Origin: Chloroflexota bacterium
Lineage (GTDB): Bacteria; Chloroflexota; Dehalococcoidia; UBA2979
NCBI GenBank assembly: GCA_027593235.1
Contig: JAQCIU010000046.1
Location: 1 to 20,400, forward strand
Length of the DNA: 20,400 nt
Direction of reading: 5' to 3'
Notes under the pieces: model-generated
Seen by the model: the letters and a program-made list of their open reading frames with translations, nothing else
Databases searched by the model: none
What the model was told of the DNA's origin: nothing
Program-made: the position numbers and the translations under genes
Part shown: positions 7,618-15,625 of the stretch, one piece after another
Layout of the letters: each line of letters opens with the position of its first letter
How positions within the stretch are numbered: position 1 is the stretch's first letter

Positions 7618-8796
7618 CTAGATCGTCCCGGCGTCTCGCAGGGCGCCGATCTTATCCCGGTCGTAGCCGAGTTGGGACAGGACCTCGTCGGTGTGCTGTC
7701 CCAACTCGGGGGCCGGCCCCTGGATGCCGCCGGGCGTCTCGCTCAGCTCGAACGGGATGCCGACCACGCGGTGATTGGGGTAATTGGGGTGCTCCAGGTT
7801 CTGGAGGTAGCCGTTGACCCAGAACTGTTCCTCGGCGGCCATTTGGGCGTAGGTGTAGACGGGGCCACACGGCACGTCCTGCGCAATCAGGCCGTCGAGC
7901 CACTTCTGCCGCGGGCCGCGCAGGAACGAGGCCGCCAGCTCGCTCCGCAGCCACTCGGCGTTGTCGCGCCGCGCGAAGGGATCGCCGGAGCGTTCGTCGA
8001 TGATCAGGTCCTCGCGCTCGACCGCAATGCACATCAGCGGCCAGTGCTTCGGCGTCAGCACGCCGATCGTGAGCCACTCCCCGTCGGAGCATTCGTACGC
8101 CGTGAAGGTCGGGTTGATGTACTTCACCGTCGGCTCGTCGTTTGAGTGCAGGAAGCGCTGAACGCTCAACGCCTGCAGTGTCGCCATCGCCCCCATCTGC
8201 GAGACATCGACGCGCTGCCCCATCCCGTAACGCTCGCGGGCCAGCAACGCGGTCATGATTGCGTAGGCGAAGACCATGCTCCCCACCTGATCGGCGAGGC
8301 CCCAGGCGATCTGAACCGGTTCGTTCCCCGGTCCACCAGCCTGGCCGATCATCGCGCCGGAGATCCCCTGCGAGACGATGTCGAACGAGCCGCGATCGGT
8401 CCACGGCCCACGCGGCCCAAAGCCGCTGTTCACCGCGTAGATCAGCTTCGGGTTCAACTCGCGCATCTCGTCGTAGCCGAAGCCGAGCGAATCGAGGACG
8501 CCGGGGCGGAAGTTCTCCGTGAGTACGTCGGCGTCCGCGACCAGCGCCCGGATGATCTTCGCGCCCTCGGGGGCCGCGAGGTCGACAGTGATCGACTTCT
8601 TCCCGCGATCGAGTGCTTCGAAATAGGCGCAAAATCCGTCGGGGCCCTTGCCGAGCAGGCGCCCTGGATCGCCCTCGCCCGGACGTTCGACCTTGATCAC
8701 CTGCGCGCCCATGTCGGACAGCATCAGCGTGGCGTGTGGCCCGTTCTGGAAGCGCGTGAAATCGATGACTTTGATGCCGTCGAGTGGTGCGGGCAT
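7618..8796 (-). CDS. Family III CoA-transferase (CaiB/BaiF/Frc family)
   Basis: Likely start is ATG 8796 (MPAPLDGIKVIDFTRFQNGP...GAQVIKVERPGEGD). Also RGKKSITVDL, ENFRPG, catalytic Asp region GLADQ and APELGQHTDEVL. The ORF track's extension to 10008 is antisense to the ThDP gene. Confidence 0.93.
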   Translation of the reverse strand: MPAPLDGIKVIDFTRFQNGPHATLMLSDMGAQVIKVERPGEGDPGRLLGKGPDGFCAYFEALDRGKKSITVDLAAPEGAKIIRALVADADVLTENFRPGVLDSLGFGYDEMRELNPKLIYAVNSGFGPRGPWTDRGSFDIVSQGISGAMIGQAGGPGNEPVQIAWGLADQVGSMVFAYAIMTALLARERYGMGQRVDVSQMGAMATLQALSVQRFLHSNDEPTVKYINPTFTAYECSDGEWLTIGVLTPKHWPLMCIAVEREDLIIDERSGDPFARRDNAEWLRSELAASFLRGPRQKWLDGLIAQDVPCGPVYTYAQMAAEEQFWVNGYLQNLEHPNYPNHRVVGIPFELSETPGGIQGPAPELGQHTDEVLSQLGYDRDKIGALRDAGTI

Positions 8797-8839
8797 GGCG
8801 TGAAACCTCGGGATCTCGTGGCGACCGGTCGACGGCGTC

Positions 8840-8899
8840 AGCCTACACCGGCGCGCCGGAGCAGATAGCATGCGTCGCTGAAACCAAACGACGTTCGAG
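8840..8899. promoter_or_regulatory. Divergent promoter region with shared-motif copy (ACCAAACGACGTTCGAG, 8883-8899)
   Basis: Candidate -10 hexamers TAGGCT (minus, 8845-8840) and TAGCAT (plus, 8866-8871). CAAAC-N3-GTTCG lies between the plus -10 and the GAGGAAGG SD. Confidence 0.45.
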
Positions 8900-8913
8900 G
8901 AAGGCAACACACG

Positions 8914-10554
8914 ATGGCGGAGATCAAGGGCGCAACGCTGGTCGCGCGGCAACTCAAGGCGAGCGGCATCGATCACGTCTTCACCGTGCTCGGCGGCCCG
9001 ATGATCGACGTCCTCGCCGAGTGCAACAACGAGGGCATTCGCGTCATCAACTGCCGCCACGAGATGAACGCTGCGTTCGCCGCGTCGGCGTGGGGCTACC
9101 TGAACCAGAAGCCTGGGGTGATGATCGCCGCCTCCGGGCCTGCAATGACCAACACTGTCACGCCGATGTACGTCGCCACGCAGAGCGCGATGCCGTTGAT
9201 CGTCCTCGGTGGCTCGGCTGCCGAGGGCGGGCTCGGGTTCGGCTCGTTCCAGGAGGCGGATCAGGTCGCCTTCGCGAAGCCGGCCACGAAGTGGGCGCAA
9301 CGCGTCGACCAGGCCGAGCGCATCCCGGAGTTCCTCTACCTCGCCATGTCCCGCGCGCAGTACGGCCGGCCGGGCGCCGTCTACCTCGACTTCCCGGGCA
9401 ACCTCGTCTCCGGTCCCGGACGTGTCGAGGAGGCCAACGCGCCGCTGCGCGAGAGCGCGCCGGAGATCGCCTTCGCCGCTCCCGACTCCGCGTCGATTGA
9501 GCGCATCGCCGAGATGCTCGCCACCGCCGAGCGGCCGTTGATCATGGTCGGCAAGGGCGCCGCGTGGGGTGACGCCGGGCTCGCACTGACGAGGTTGGCC
9601 GACCTCGGGATCCCGTTCGTCGCGTCGCCGATGGGGCGCGGCACGATCGCAGACGACCACGACGCGAACGCCGGCGCCGCGCGGTCCGCCGCGATGCAGG
9701 GCGCCGACGCCGTGCTGATGGTCGGCGGGCGCTTCAACTGGATGTTCCAGATGGGCAGCCGGCTGCCCTCGAACGTCCGCATCGCGCAGATCGACGTCGA
9801 GCCCGAGGAGTTCCACTCCGCCGCCAACGTCGAGATCGGCCTCGTCGCCGACTGCCGCGTCGGCGTGGAGGCGATCAACGCAGCCCTCGAGGGCCGCACG
9901 CTCCGCACGACCTCGAGCGGCTGGCTCGCCGATCTCCAGGCGAAGTCCCGCGACAACGAGGGCAGCGTCGCCGAGCAGATGAGCTCGGACCAGCAGCCGA
10001 TCAACCACTACCGCCTCATCGCGGACGTCCGCGACTCAATTGAGCGCGATGCGATCGTGACCGAGGACGGCGAGTTCACGATGGCGGTGATGCGCCAGGT
10101 GATGCCGACGCACGTCGGGCGTCACCGCTTCGGCGCCGGTACGACCGGATGCATGGGCACCGGCCTCCCCTACGCCGTCGGCGCGAAGCTCGCGCGTCCG
10201 GATCGGCAGGTGGTGGCGGTCCTCGGTGACTACGCCTTCGGCGCCGCGGCGATGGAGGTGGAGACCTGCGCGCGGCTGGACATCCCGATCGTGATCGTCG
10301 TGTCGAACAACGGTGGCATCGCGGCGCACACGATCCAGGACCGCAGCTTCCCGGCGGACGCACCGCCGATTGCGACGCTGATCCCGGCGGACTACGAAAA
10401 GATGGTCGAGATGGTCGGGGGCCACGCCGAGCGGGTCACGAACCCCTCGGAGATCCGCCCGGCGATGGAGCGTGCATTCGCGTCCGGCAAGGTGTCGTTG
10501 CTGAACGTGATCACGGACCCGAAGGCGAGCCGCCGAGGCAGCGGCTACCTGTAG
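8914..10554 (+). CDS. ThDP-dependent enzyme, 2-hydroxyacyl-CoA lyase / oxalyl-CoA decarboxylase family
   Basis: RHE catalytic Glu motif, SGPAMTN, GSFQEADQ, IMVGKGAAW, SPMGRG and the ThDP motif GDYAFG...MEVET...NNGGI. Confidence 0.88.
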   Translation: MAEIKGATLVARQLKASGIDHVFTVLGGPMIDVLAECNNEGIRVINCRHEMNAAFAASAWGYLNQKPGVMIAASGPAMTNTVTPMYVATQSAMPLIVLGGSAAEGGLGFGSFQEADQVAFAKPATKWAQRVDQAERIPEFLYLAMSRAQYGRPGAVYLDFPGNLVSGPGRVEEANAPLRESAPEIAFAAPDSASIERIAEMLATAERPLIMVGKGAAWGDAGLALTRLADLGIPFVASPMGRGTIADDHDANAGAARSAAMQGADAVLMVGGRFNWMFQMGSRLPSNVRIAQIDVEPEEFHSAANVEIGLVADCRVGVEAINAALEGRTLRTTSSGWLADLQAKSRDNEGSVAEQMSSDQQPINHYRLIADVRDSIERDAIVTEDGEFTMAVMRQVMPTHVGRHRFGAGTTGCMGTGLPYAVGAKLARPDRQVVAVLGDYAFGAAAMEVETCARLDIPIVIVVSNNGGIAAHTIQDRSFPADAPPIATLIPADYEKMVEMVGGHAERVTNPSEIRPAMERAFASGKVSLLNVITDPKASRRGSGYL

Positions 10555-10567
10555 CGCTGGGCTCCGG

Positions 10568-11836
10568 TCAGGCGGTCGCGGCACCTCGGTACTGGTCGCG
10601 CAGCGCCGTGGGTGTCGTCGACCCGAGGATCGACGGGATGCCGACGACCGCGACGACGATCGCGGCGATGATCCAGCCCATGGTGTAGTCGCCCTGCACG
10701 TCGACCAGCCGGCCGATGACCCACGGACCGGCTGCGCCGCCGGTCGTGGAGATGAACTGCATCGTTCCGTTGATCGTGCCGAAATGCTTGGTCCCGAAGT
10801 AGTCGGCAGCCATCGAGGGCCGCAACGGGATCGTGCCGCCGAAGCCCGGCGCGGCGATCGCGATCGCGGCGATCGCGACCACGAGGCTGTTCGCTGCCGC
10901 GAGCAGCAGCAGCCCGCCCGAAAGCATCACCAGCGCCACCGCCATCACCAGGCGCTTCGGGTAGCGGTCCCCGAGGTACCCGAACCCGATCCGGCCCACG
11001 ATCGAGGAGAGCGTGAACACGGCGATCGTGCTGCTGGCGACGGTCTTGGAGACCCCGAGCTGCGTCTCGAGGTACGGGATCTGGTGCACGACCAGCGCGA
11101 CGAACCCGAAGCTGCTCCCCAGCATCGCCAGCGAGAGCAGCAGGAACGACCGCGATTTGATCGCCTGCCGCACCGGTACGCCCCACTGCTCGGCAGCCTC
11201 GACGTCCTCGCCGTCGTCGCGTCGACGCACGCCATCCATTGGCTGCGGGTGGCCCGGCGGGCGGGAGCGCACGTTGCTGCCGACGGTCAGCCCGACGACA
11301 AGCATCAGCAGCGCCAGCACGCGCAGCGCCCAGCGCCAGCCGGCGAGCTCCACGAGGAACCCGATCCCAACGACGAAGACACCGCCGATGCCACCGCCGA
11401 GCGTCATGATCGACATCGCGAAGGCGCGTCGGTCCTGGAACCAGGTGGAGATCGCGGTGAGCCCGACCTGGCCGCCGGCCGCACTCGACCCGAAGGCGAT
11501 CACGACCATCACCAGGTAGAAGTGCCACAGCTCCTGCATGAACGACATCCCGAGGACGCCGATCGCCGCCATCGTGACGCCCGAATACAGGACGCGCTTC
11601 GGGCCAATCCGGTCGAGCGCGATGCCGACGAAGATCGCCCCGACGCCACCGATCTCGTTTCGCAGCGAGAAGGCGAGCGCCGTGGAGGCGTTGCTCCAGC
11701 CGAACTCGTCGCGAACCTCGTTGAAGATGGTGCCAAAGCCGTAGAAGAACGTGGCCGCGACCACGAGCACGATCACGGCGGAGGAGCCGACCACCAGCCA
11801 GCCCTCGTACACATTCGGGTACATCCTGCGAAGCAT
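10568..11836 (-). CDS. MFS transporter (monocarboxylate / oxalate:formate antiporter-like)
   Basis: About 12 hydrophobic segments; motif A in both halves (GIALDRIGPKRV, GYLGDRYPKRLV); YEGWLVV N-terminus; ADYFGTKHFGTING. Confidence 0.9.
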   Translation of the reverse strand: MLRRMYPNVYEGWLVVGSSAVIVLVVAATFFYGFGTIFNEVRDEFGWSNASTALAFSLRNEIGGVGAIFVGIALDRIGPKRVLYSGVTMAAIGVLGMSFMQELWHFYLVMVVIAFGSSAAGGQVGLTAISTWFQDRRAFAMSIMTLGGGIGGVFVVGIGFLVELAGWRWALRVLALLMLVVGLTVGSNVRSRPPGHPQPMDGVRRRDDGEDVEAAEQWGVPVRQAIKSRSFLLLSLAMLGSSFGFVALVVHQIPYLETQLGVSKTVASSTIAVFTLSSIVGRIGFGYLGDRYPKRLVMAVALVMLSGGLLLLAAANSLVVAIAAIAIAAPGFGGTIPLRPSMAADYFGTKHFGTINGTMQFISTTGGAAGPWVIGRLVDVQGDYTMGWIIAAIVVAVVGIPSILGSTTPTALRDQYRGAATA

Positions 11837-11878
11837 GGGTCCCTTGCCCGCGGTACTGGCGCTTGTGCCGTCCGCGCG

Positions 11879-11923
11879 CCAAACATCGCACTCGGTCGAG
11901 TCTCGTTCTACCGCCGTTTGATT
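11879..11923 (-). promoter_or_regulatory. Two partial copies of the shared motif upstream of the MFS gene
   Basis: Minus-strand AATCAAACGGCGGTAG (11923-11908) and CGATGTTTGG (11888-11879) match 17341-17349 and 17348-17357 exactly over 9 and 10 nt. Confidence 0.4.
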
Positions 11924-11926
11924 ACG

Positions 11927-13294
11927 TTACGGATCCCCGAGGATTGCGCGGAGCTTCCGAGCGCCGACCAGGACCGGATCCCACACGCCGGAGAACGGCG
12001 GCGCGTACGACAGATCGACGTTGATCAGCGCGTCCACCGTCATCTCGTTCCAGAGCGCCATCGCCAGCGCATCGATCCGTTTCGCTGCGCCGTCCCCGCC
12101 GACGATCTGCGCGCCCAGCATCCGGCGCGTCCCGCGCTCCGCGACGACCTTCATCGTCATCGGCTGCGCGCCCGGCCAGTAGCCGGCGGCGGTCGTTGCC
12201 TCGAACGTGTCGGCGACCACATCGAGGCCCAACGCGCCGCACTCGGTCTCGGTTAGCCCCGTGCGCGCGACCTCCAGGTCGCACAGCTTGGTGATCGCCG
12301 TGCCGAGCACGCCGGGGAACGCCTCGTCGCCACCCCAGAGGTTCACCCCGGCGATCCGTCCCTGCTTATTGGCGATCGTTCCGAGGTGGAAGTTGACCGG
12401 CTTGGCGGAGAGGCGGTGGCGCGTCTCCACGCAGTCGCCGGCGGCCCAGACGCCAGGGACCCGGGTGCGCTGATGATCGTCGACGATGATCCCGCCCGTG
12501 TCGCCAACCGGGATGCCGTTCTGCGTGGCCAGCCAGACCTCGGCGTGGCTCCCGAGGCCGAGCAGCACCACGTCAGCGGGGAACGGGTCGCCAGCCGCGC
12601 GGCACACGCCGGTCACCCGGTCACCGCCCTCGATGCGTTCGATGCGCTGGTCGGTGACGACGGTGATGCCGATCGCCTCGGCCGCCTCACGGATTAACCG
12701 GCCCATCGCCGGGTCGAGCTGCGGGTCGAGCAGCGACTCCGACGCCGTGACGATCGTGACGGCGATCTCGTGCCGGTGAAATGCCTCGGCCATCTCGACG
12801 CCGATGTAGCCACCGCCCACCACCACCGCGTTCCGCGGCTGCCACTCCTCGATGATCTGGCGCAACGCCACCGCGTCGTCGAGCGTGTGCATCTCGAAGA
12901 CGCCCGGTAGGTCCGCGCCCTCGATCGAGGGCCGGTTTGGCTGGGCTCCGGTGGCGATCAGGAGCTGGTCGTACGGCTCGCTGCGATCCTCGCCACCGTC
13001 GACCGGTCGCACCACGACCCGCCGCGCGTCCGTATCGATCGAGGTCACCTCGTGGCGTCGGTGCACCTCGATATCGCGCGCGGCGAACTCCTCGGGGGTG
13101 CGCGCGATCAGCGAGTCGAGGTCGGTGACGTAGTCGCCGACGAAGTAGGGCTCGCCGCAGGCGGAGTAGGAGACATACGAGGACCGCTCAAAGACGACGA
13201 TCTCAAGGTCATCGGCGGATCGGCGCCGGCGGGCCTCGGAAGCGGCGGACATCCCGCCGGCGTCGCCGCCGATGATGACGAGTCGTTCGGGCAT
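11927..13294 (-). CDS. CoA-disulfide reductase / NADH oxidase-peroxidase family flavoprotein
   Basis: GGDAGGMSAAS, SYSACG (single redox Cys), ATGA, VVGGGYIGVE, WAAGDC and C-terminal DLSYAPPFS. Confidence 0.9.
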   Translation of the reverse strand: MPERLVIIGGDAGGMSAASEARRRRSADDLEIVVFERSSYVSYSACGEPYFVGDYVTDLDSLIARTPEEFAARDIEVHRRHEVTSIDTDARRVVVRPVDGGEDRSEPYDQLLIATGAQPNRPSIEGADLPGVFEMHTLDDAVALRQIIEEWQPRNAVVVGGGYIGVEMAEAFHRHEIAVTIVTASESLLDPQLDPAMGRLIREAAEAIGITVVTDQRIERIEGGDRVTGVCRAAGDPFPADVVLLGLGSHAEVWLATQNGIPVGDTGGIIVDDHQRTRVPGVWAAGDCVETRHRLSAKPVNFHLGTIANKQGRIAGVNLWGGDEAFPGVLGTAITKLCDLEVARTGLTETECGALGLDVVADTFEATTAAGYWPGAQPMTMKVVAERGTRRMLGAQIVGGDGAAKRIDALAMALWNEMTVDALINVDLSYAPPFSGVWDPVLVGARKLRAILGDP

Positions 13295-13331
13295 GGGAGG
13301 TCCGTCCGTTCGTTCGTGTCGGCTTGTGGTT

Positions 13332-13895
13332 CTAGCGCGACCGGAAGATCCAGTGTGCCGTCATCACGAAGACGCGGTCGATGACGGCGATCACACCGCC
13401 GACAACCGCGCCGACTGATGCAGCGATCAGCCCGATCGGCACGAGGACGATCGCGGAGATGACGAAGACCGCGTAGCGGCCGCCGATCAGGTTGTATTCG
13501 ATGTTCTCGGGCTCCGGGAACAGGAGCTGGATGACCGTGACGATGTTCCAGAACGCGACCAGGCCCAGCCAGAACACGACGCCCGCCGTCGCGCCCCAGC
13601 GAACATGGTGGGGCGCCGCCGCCCCCGTCACCAAGGGAGGCTGGCGCCCGCTCGGTCCCAGCACCCGTGGCGTCACCCAATGCATGGCGAGCAAGAGGTA
13701 GCAGAACACTCCGGCGAACACGCCCGAACGCACATCCAGCGCGAGCATCACGAGGGCACCGAGGAGCGTGGAGAGGGCGATGGCGATGGCGGCTGCGCCA
13801 ACGACAGAGAACGCCCACGTTCGTCGAGTTCCAGGGCCCGGATTCGGACGGGAGACCCTGCCGAGCCACCGGCGGATCGGATCTCGCGGCGCCAG
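13332..13895 (-). CDS. Uncharacterised ~4-TM membrane protein, paralog of 14393..14938; start uncertain
   Basis: The ORF track starts it at GTG 13751, but the frame is open up to 13913 and encodes a further TM helix (TWAFSVVGAAAIAIALSTLLGALV). In-frame CTG codons lie at 13895 (GAGG just upstream) and 13910. Confidence 0.6.
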   Translation of the reverse strand: MAPRDPIRRWLGRVSRPNPGPGTRRTWAFSVVGAAAIAIALSTLLGALVMLALDVRSGVFAGVFCYLLLAMHWVTPRVLGPSGRQPPLVTGAAAPHHVRWGATAGVVFWLGLVAFWNIVTVIQLLFPEPENIEYNLIGGRYAVFVISAIVLVPIGLIAASVGAVVGGVIAVIDRVFVMTAHWIFRSR

Positions 13896-13913
13896 CCAGC
13901 CTCGGAACAGGGG

Positions 13914-14378
13914 CTACCAGTACCCGGCCATCAGCTCGCGCGCCCAGTCGTGCTCACGTACCTCGCTCCGCGGCTCGAAACCAGCCATGTAGGGCTTGAT
14001 GTCCAGCACCGGCGTGCCGTCGATCGCATCGAGGCCGCGCACGCGGATCCGCAGGCCGTCGACCTCGAGAATTTCGCAGGTGGAGACGCCGATGCGGTTG
14101 GGCCGGGCCTTCGCCCGCTGCGCGAGGATGCCGACCATCGGCCAGTCCGGGTTGCCTCGCGGGCGACGCGCGCCGCGCTGGACGGCGTCCGCGGCGACCC
14201 GGTCGAAGTGAAACACGACCACCAGATGCGAGAACTGGTCGAGGCTGGCCGTCGCGTCGGGATCGAACTGGGTCGGGTCGACCTCGATGGTCGCTTCCTC
14301 GGCGCCCCAGTCGTCGTCCTCGATTGCCTCGCGGCCACCTCGGACGTGGGCGATCGGGGTGAGCGCGATCGTGGTCAT
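13914..14378 (-). CDS. TrmO/TsaA-like SAM-binding beta-barrel protein (single domain)
   Basis: ATG 14378 with GAGAGG SD; FSHLVVVFHFD, GILAQRAKARPNRIGVS and GLDAIDGTPVLDIKPY motifs. Confidence 0.88.
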   Translation of the reverse strand: MTTIALTPIAHVRGGREAIEDDDWGAEEATIEVDPTQFDPDATASLDQFSHLVVVFHFDRVAADAVQRGARRPRGNPDWPMVGILAQRAKARPNRIGVSTCEILEVDGLRIRVRGLDAIDGTPVLDIKPYMAGFEPRSEVREHDWARELMAGYW

Positions 14379-14392
14379 CGTGGAAGCCTCTC

Positions 14393-14938
14393 TCACAGGG
14401 AATCGGCCTCTGGCGACCGAACGCGGATTATCGCGGCGGAGACCGCCACCAACAGGGAATCGGTGAGGCCGACAAACATCCCGACGAACGCGCCAACGGC
14501 AAATGCGAACGGCGATGAGATCGCTGCCCCGATCGGCAGAAAGATCGCGAGTCCAAGCGCATCGGTGTCTTGCTTTGCGACACCGATCACGAGCACCGCG
14601 ATCATCCCGATGGGGGCGGCAACCGCCACTGTGGCGACGCCAGAGACGCCGCCCCACAGCATCGACTGCGGCAAAATGTCGTGCCGTCGCACGAGCGACG
14701 GCCAGCCGATCCGTCGCAGCGCCTCGGCAGTTGTCACCCACGTGATCAGCCACAGGTAAACGAACAACCAGAGGCCCGCCACGGTGTTCAGTCCGTCGAG
14801 TGCGTCACCAAGGCCGCCGCCGAAATAGACAAGCCCGAGGACAACGAGCACCAGCAGCGTCGTATGGAAGGTCGCCAGCGCCACCGTGACCGAGGCGCTC
14901 GGCAGCCGCGGATCGATCCGTCGCAGTCGATCACCCAT
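14393..14938 (-). CDS. Uncharacterised ~4-TM membrane protein
   Basis: ATG 14938 overlaps the upstream stop by 8 nt (ATGGGTGA); four long hydrophobic segments. Confidence 0.75.
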   Translation of the reverse strand: MGDRLRRIDPRLPSASVTVALATFHTTLLVLVVLGLVYFGGGLGDALDGLNTVAGLWLFVYLWLITWVTTAEALRRIGWPSLVRRHDILPQSMLWGGVSGVATVAVAAPIGMIAVLVIGVAKQDTDALGLAIFLPIGAAISSPFAFAVGAFVGMFVGLTDSLLVAVSAAIIRVRSPEADSL

Positions 14939-15377
14939 GCGCAAGCCACACTGCCGCACAGACGATCACGGCGGTGAGTGCCGAAGTCGCCGCATAGAGG
15001 TCCACAAACACGTGCACCTCACGCGTCACTCCGATGTCGCGGAGGCGAATGACCGACAGCGCGCGCACCGCCGACAACAGCATCAGCACCACCACCAGCG
15101 CCATCTTAAAGACGAAGGTTCGGCCCCAGTCCGTCTCCGGTCCCGGCAGTCCGAGGCCAAACACGCCGAGGTTGCCGACACCCGTCGCAACGATCGCCCC
15201 GAAGGCGAGCCAGAACGCGATCTCAAAGCGGGCGGCGGTGGCGATGAACGCGGTGCCGCGTTGCGGGGCAGGCACACTCCAGCCGGCGATGGCGATTCCG
15301 AGGGATCCGCCGACCAGGATCGTCGCTGCCAGTACGTGGATCATGCGGACGGCGACGTGGATCACGTGGCCGTCCAT
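14931..15377 (-). CDS. CopD-like 4-TM membrane protein
   Basis: RMIHVLAATILVGG, IVATGVGNL, WGRTFVFKMALV and C-terminal LAHG fit the H...GG / TG / K pattern of CopD-like membrane domains. Confidence 0.65.
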   Translation of the reverse strand: MDGHVIHVAVRMIHVLAATILVGGSLGIAIAGWSVPAPQRGTAFIATAARFEIAFWLAFGAIVATGVGNLGVFGLGLPGPETDWGRTFVFKMALVVVLMLLSAVRALSVIRLRDIGVTREVHVFVDLYAATSALTAVIVCAAVWLAHG

Positions 15378-15382
15378 CGGCG

Positions 15383-15529
15383 TTACCCGACCTCGGGGGG
15401 TGGAGGCGATGGCTGGCCGCGACTGCCAGCGCCCAGGACGTGAAGATTCGGGCCAGTGGGTTCGGGAAGCAGAGGTCCTGCGCCGACCGAAGCCGGGGGT
15501 TGCGCATTCATCGGGGCGGAGCTGGGCAT
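15383..15529 (-). CDS. Candidate 48-aa Pro/Gly-rich small protein
   Basis: AGGAGG SD 7 nt before ATG 15529; MPSSAPMNAQPPASVGAGPLLPEPTGPNLHVLGAGSRGQPSPPPPEVG; the TAA ends 5 nt before the next ATG. Confidence 0.45.
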   Translation of the reverse strand: MPSSAPMNAQPPASVGAGPLLPEPTGPNLHVLGAGSRGQPSPPPPEVG

Positions 15530-15589
15530 CGGTCGCCCTCCTGCCGCAAGCCGTCTCACTGCTCCCTGAGCGTACTGAGCCGTTCGGTT

Positions 15590-15612
15590 ACAAACACCAT
15601 CGAGGATGGCAC
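15590..15612 (-). terminator. Weak hairpin downstream of lipA
   Basis: GTGCCATC-CTC-GATGGTGT (5 Watson-Crick plus 3 G-U pairs) followed by TTGT, 13 nt after the lipA stop. Confidence 0.25.
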
Positions 15613-15625
15613 CCGATACGCCGCG

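Noticed and set aside
8848-8859. Perfect palindrome CCGGCGCGCCGG between the divergent -10 elements
   Set aside because: All-GC palindromes are common by chance at this base composition.
8797-10008. N-terminal ~400 aa of the 796-aa ORF, suggesting a large CoA-transferase fusion
   Set aside because: It is an antisense shadow of the ThDP enzyme gene; the family N-terminus begins at ATG 8796.
13300-13317. 4-bp tandem GTCC-GTCC-GTTC-GTTC just upstream of the CoA-disulfide reductase-like gene
   Set aside because: Too short and degenerate to separate from chance.
14379-14753. 125-aa N-terminal extension of the TrmO-like ORF
   Set aside because: It overlaps the membrane gene in another frame; an SD and the family start lie at ATG 14378.
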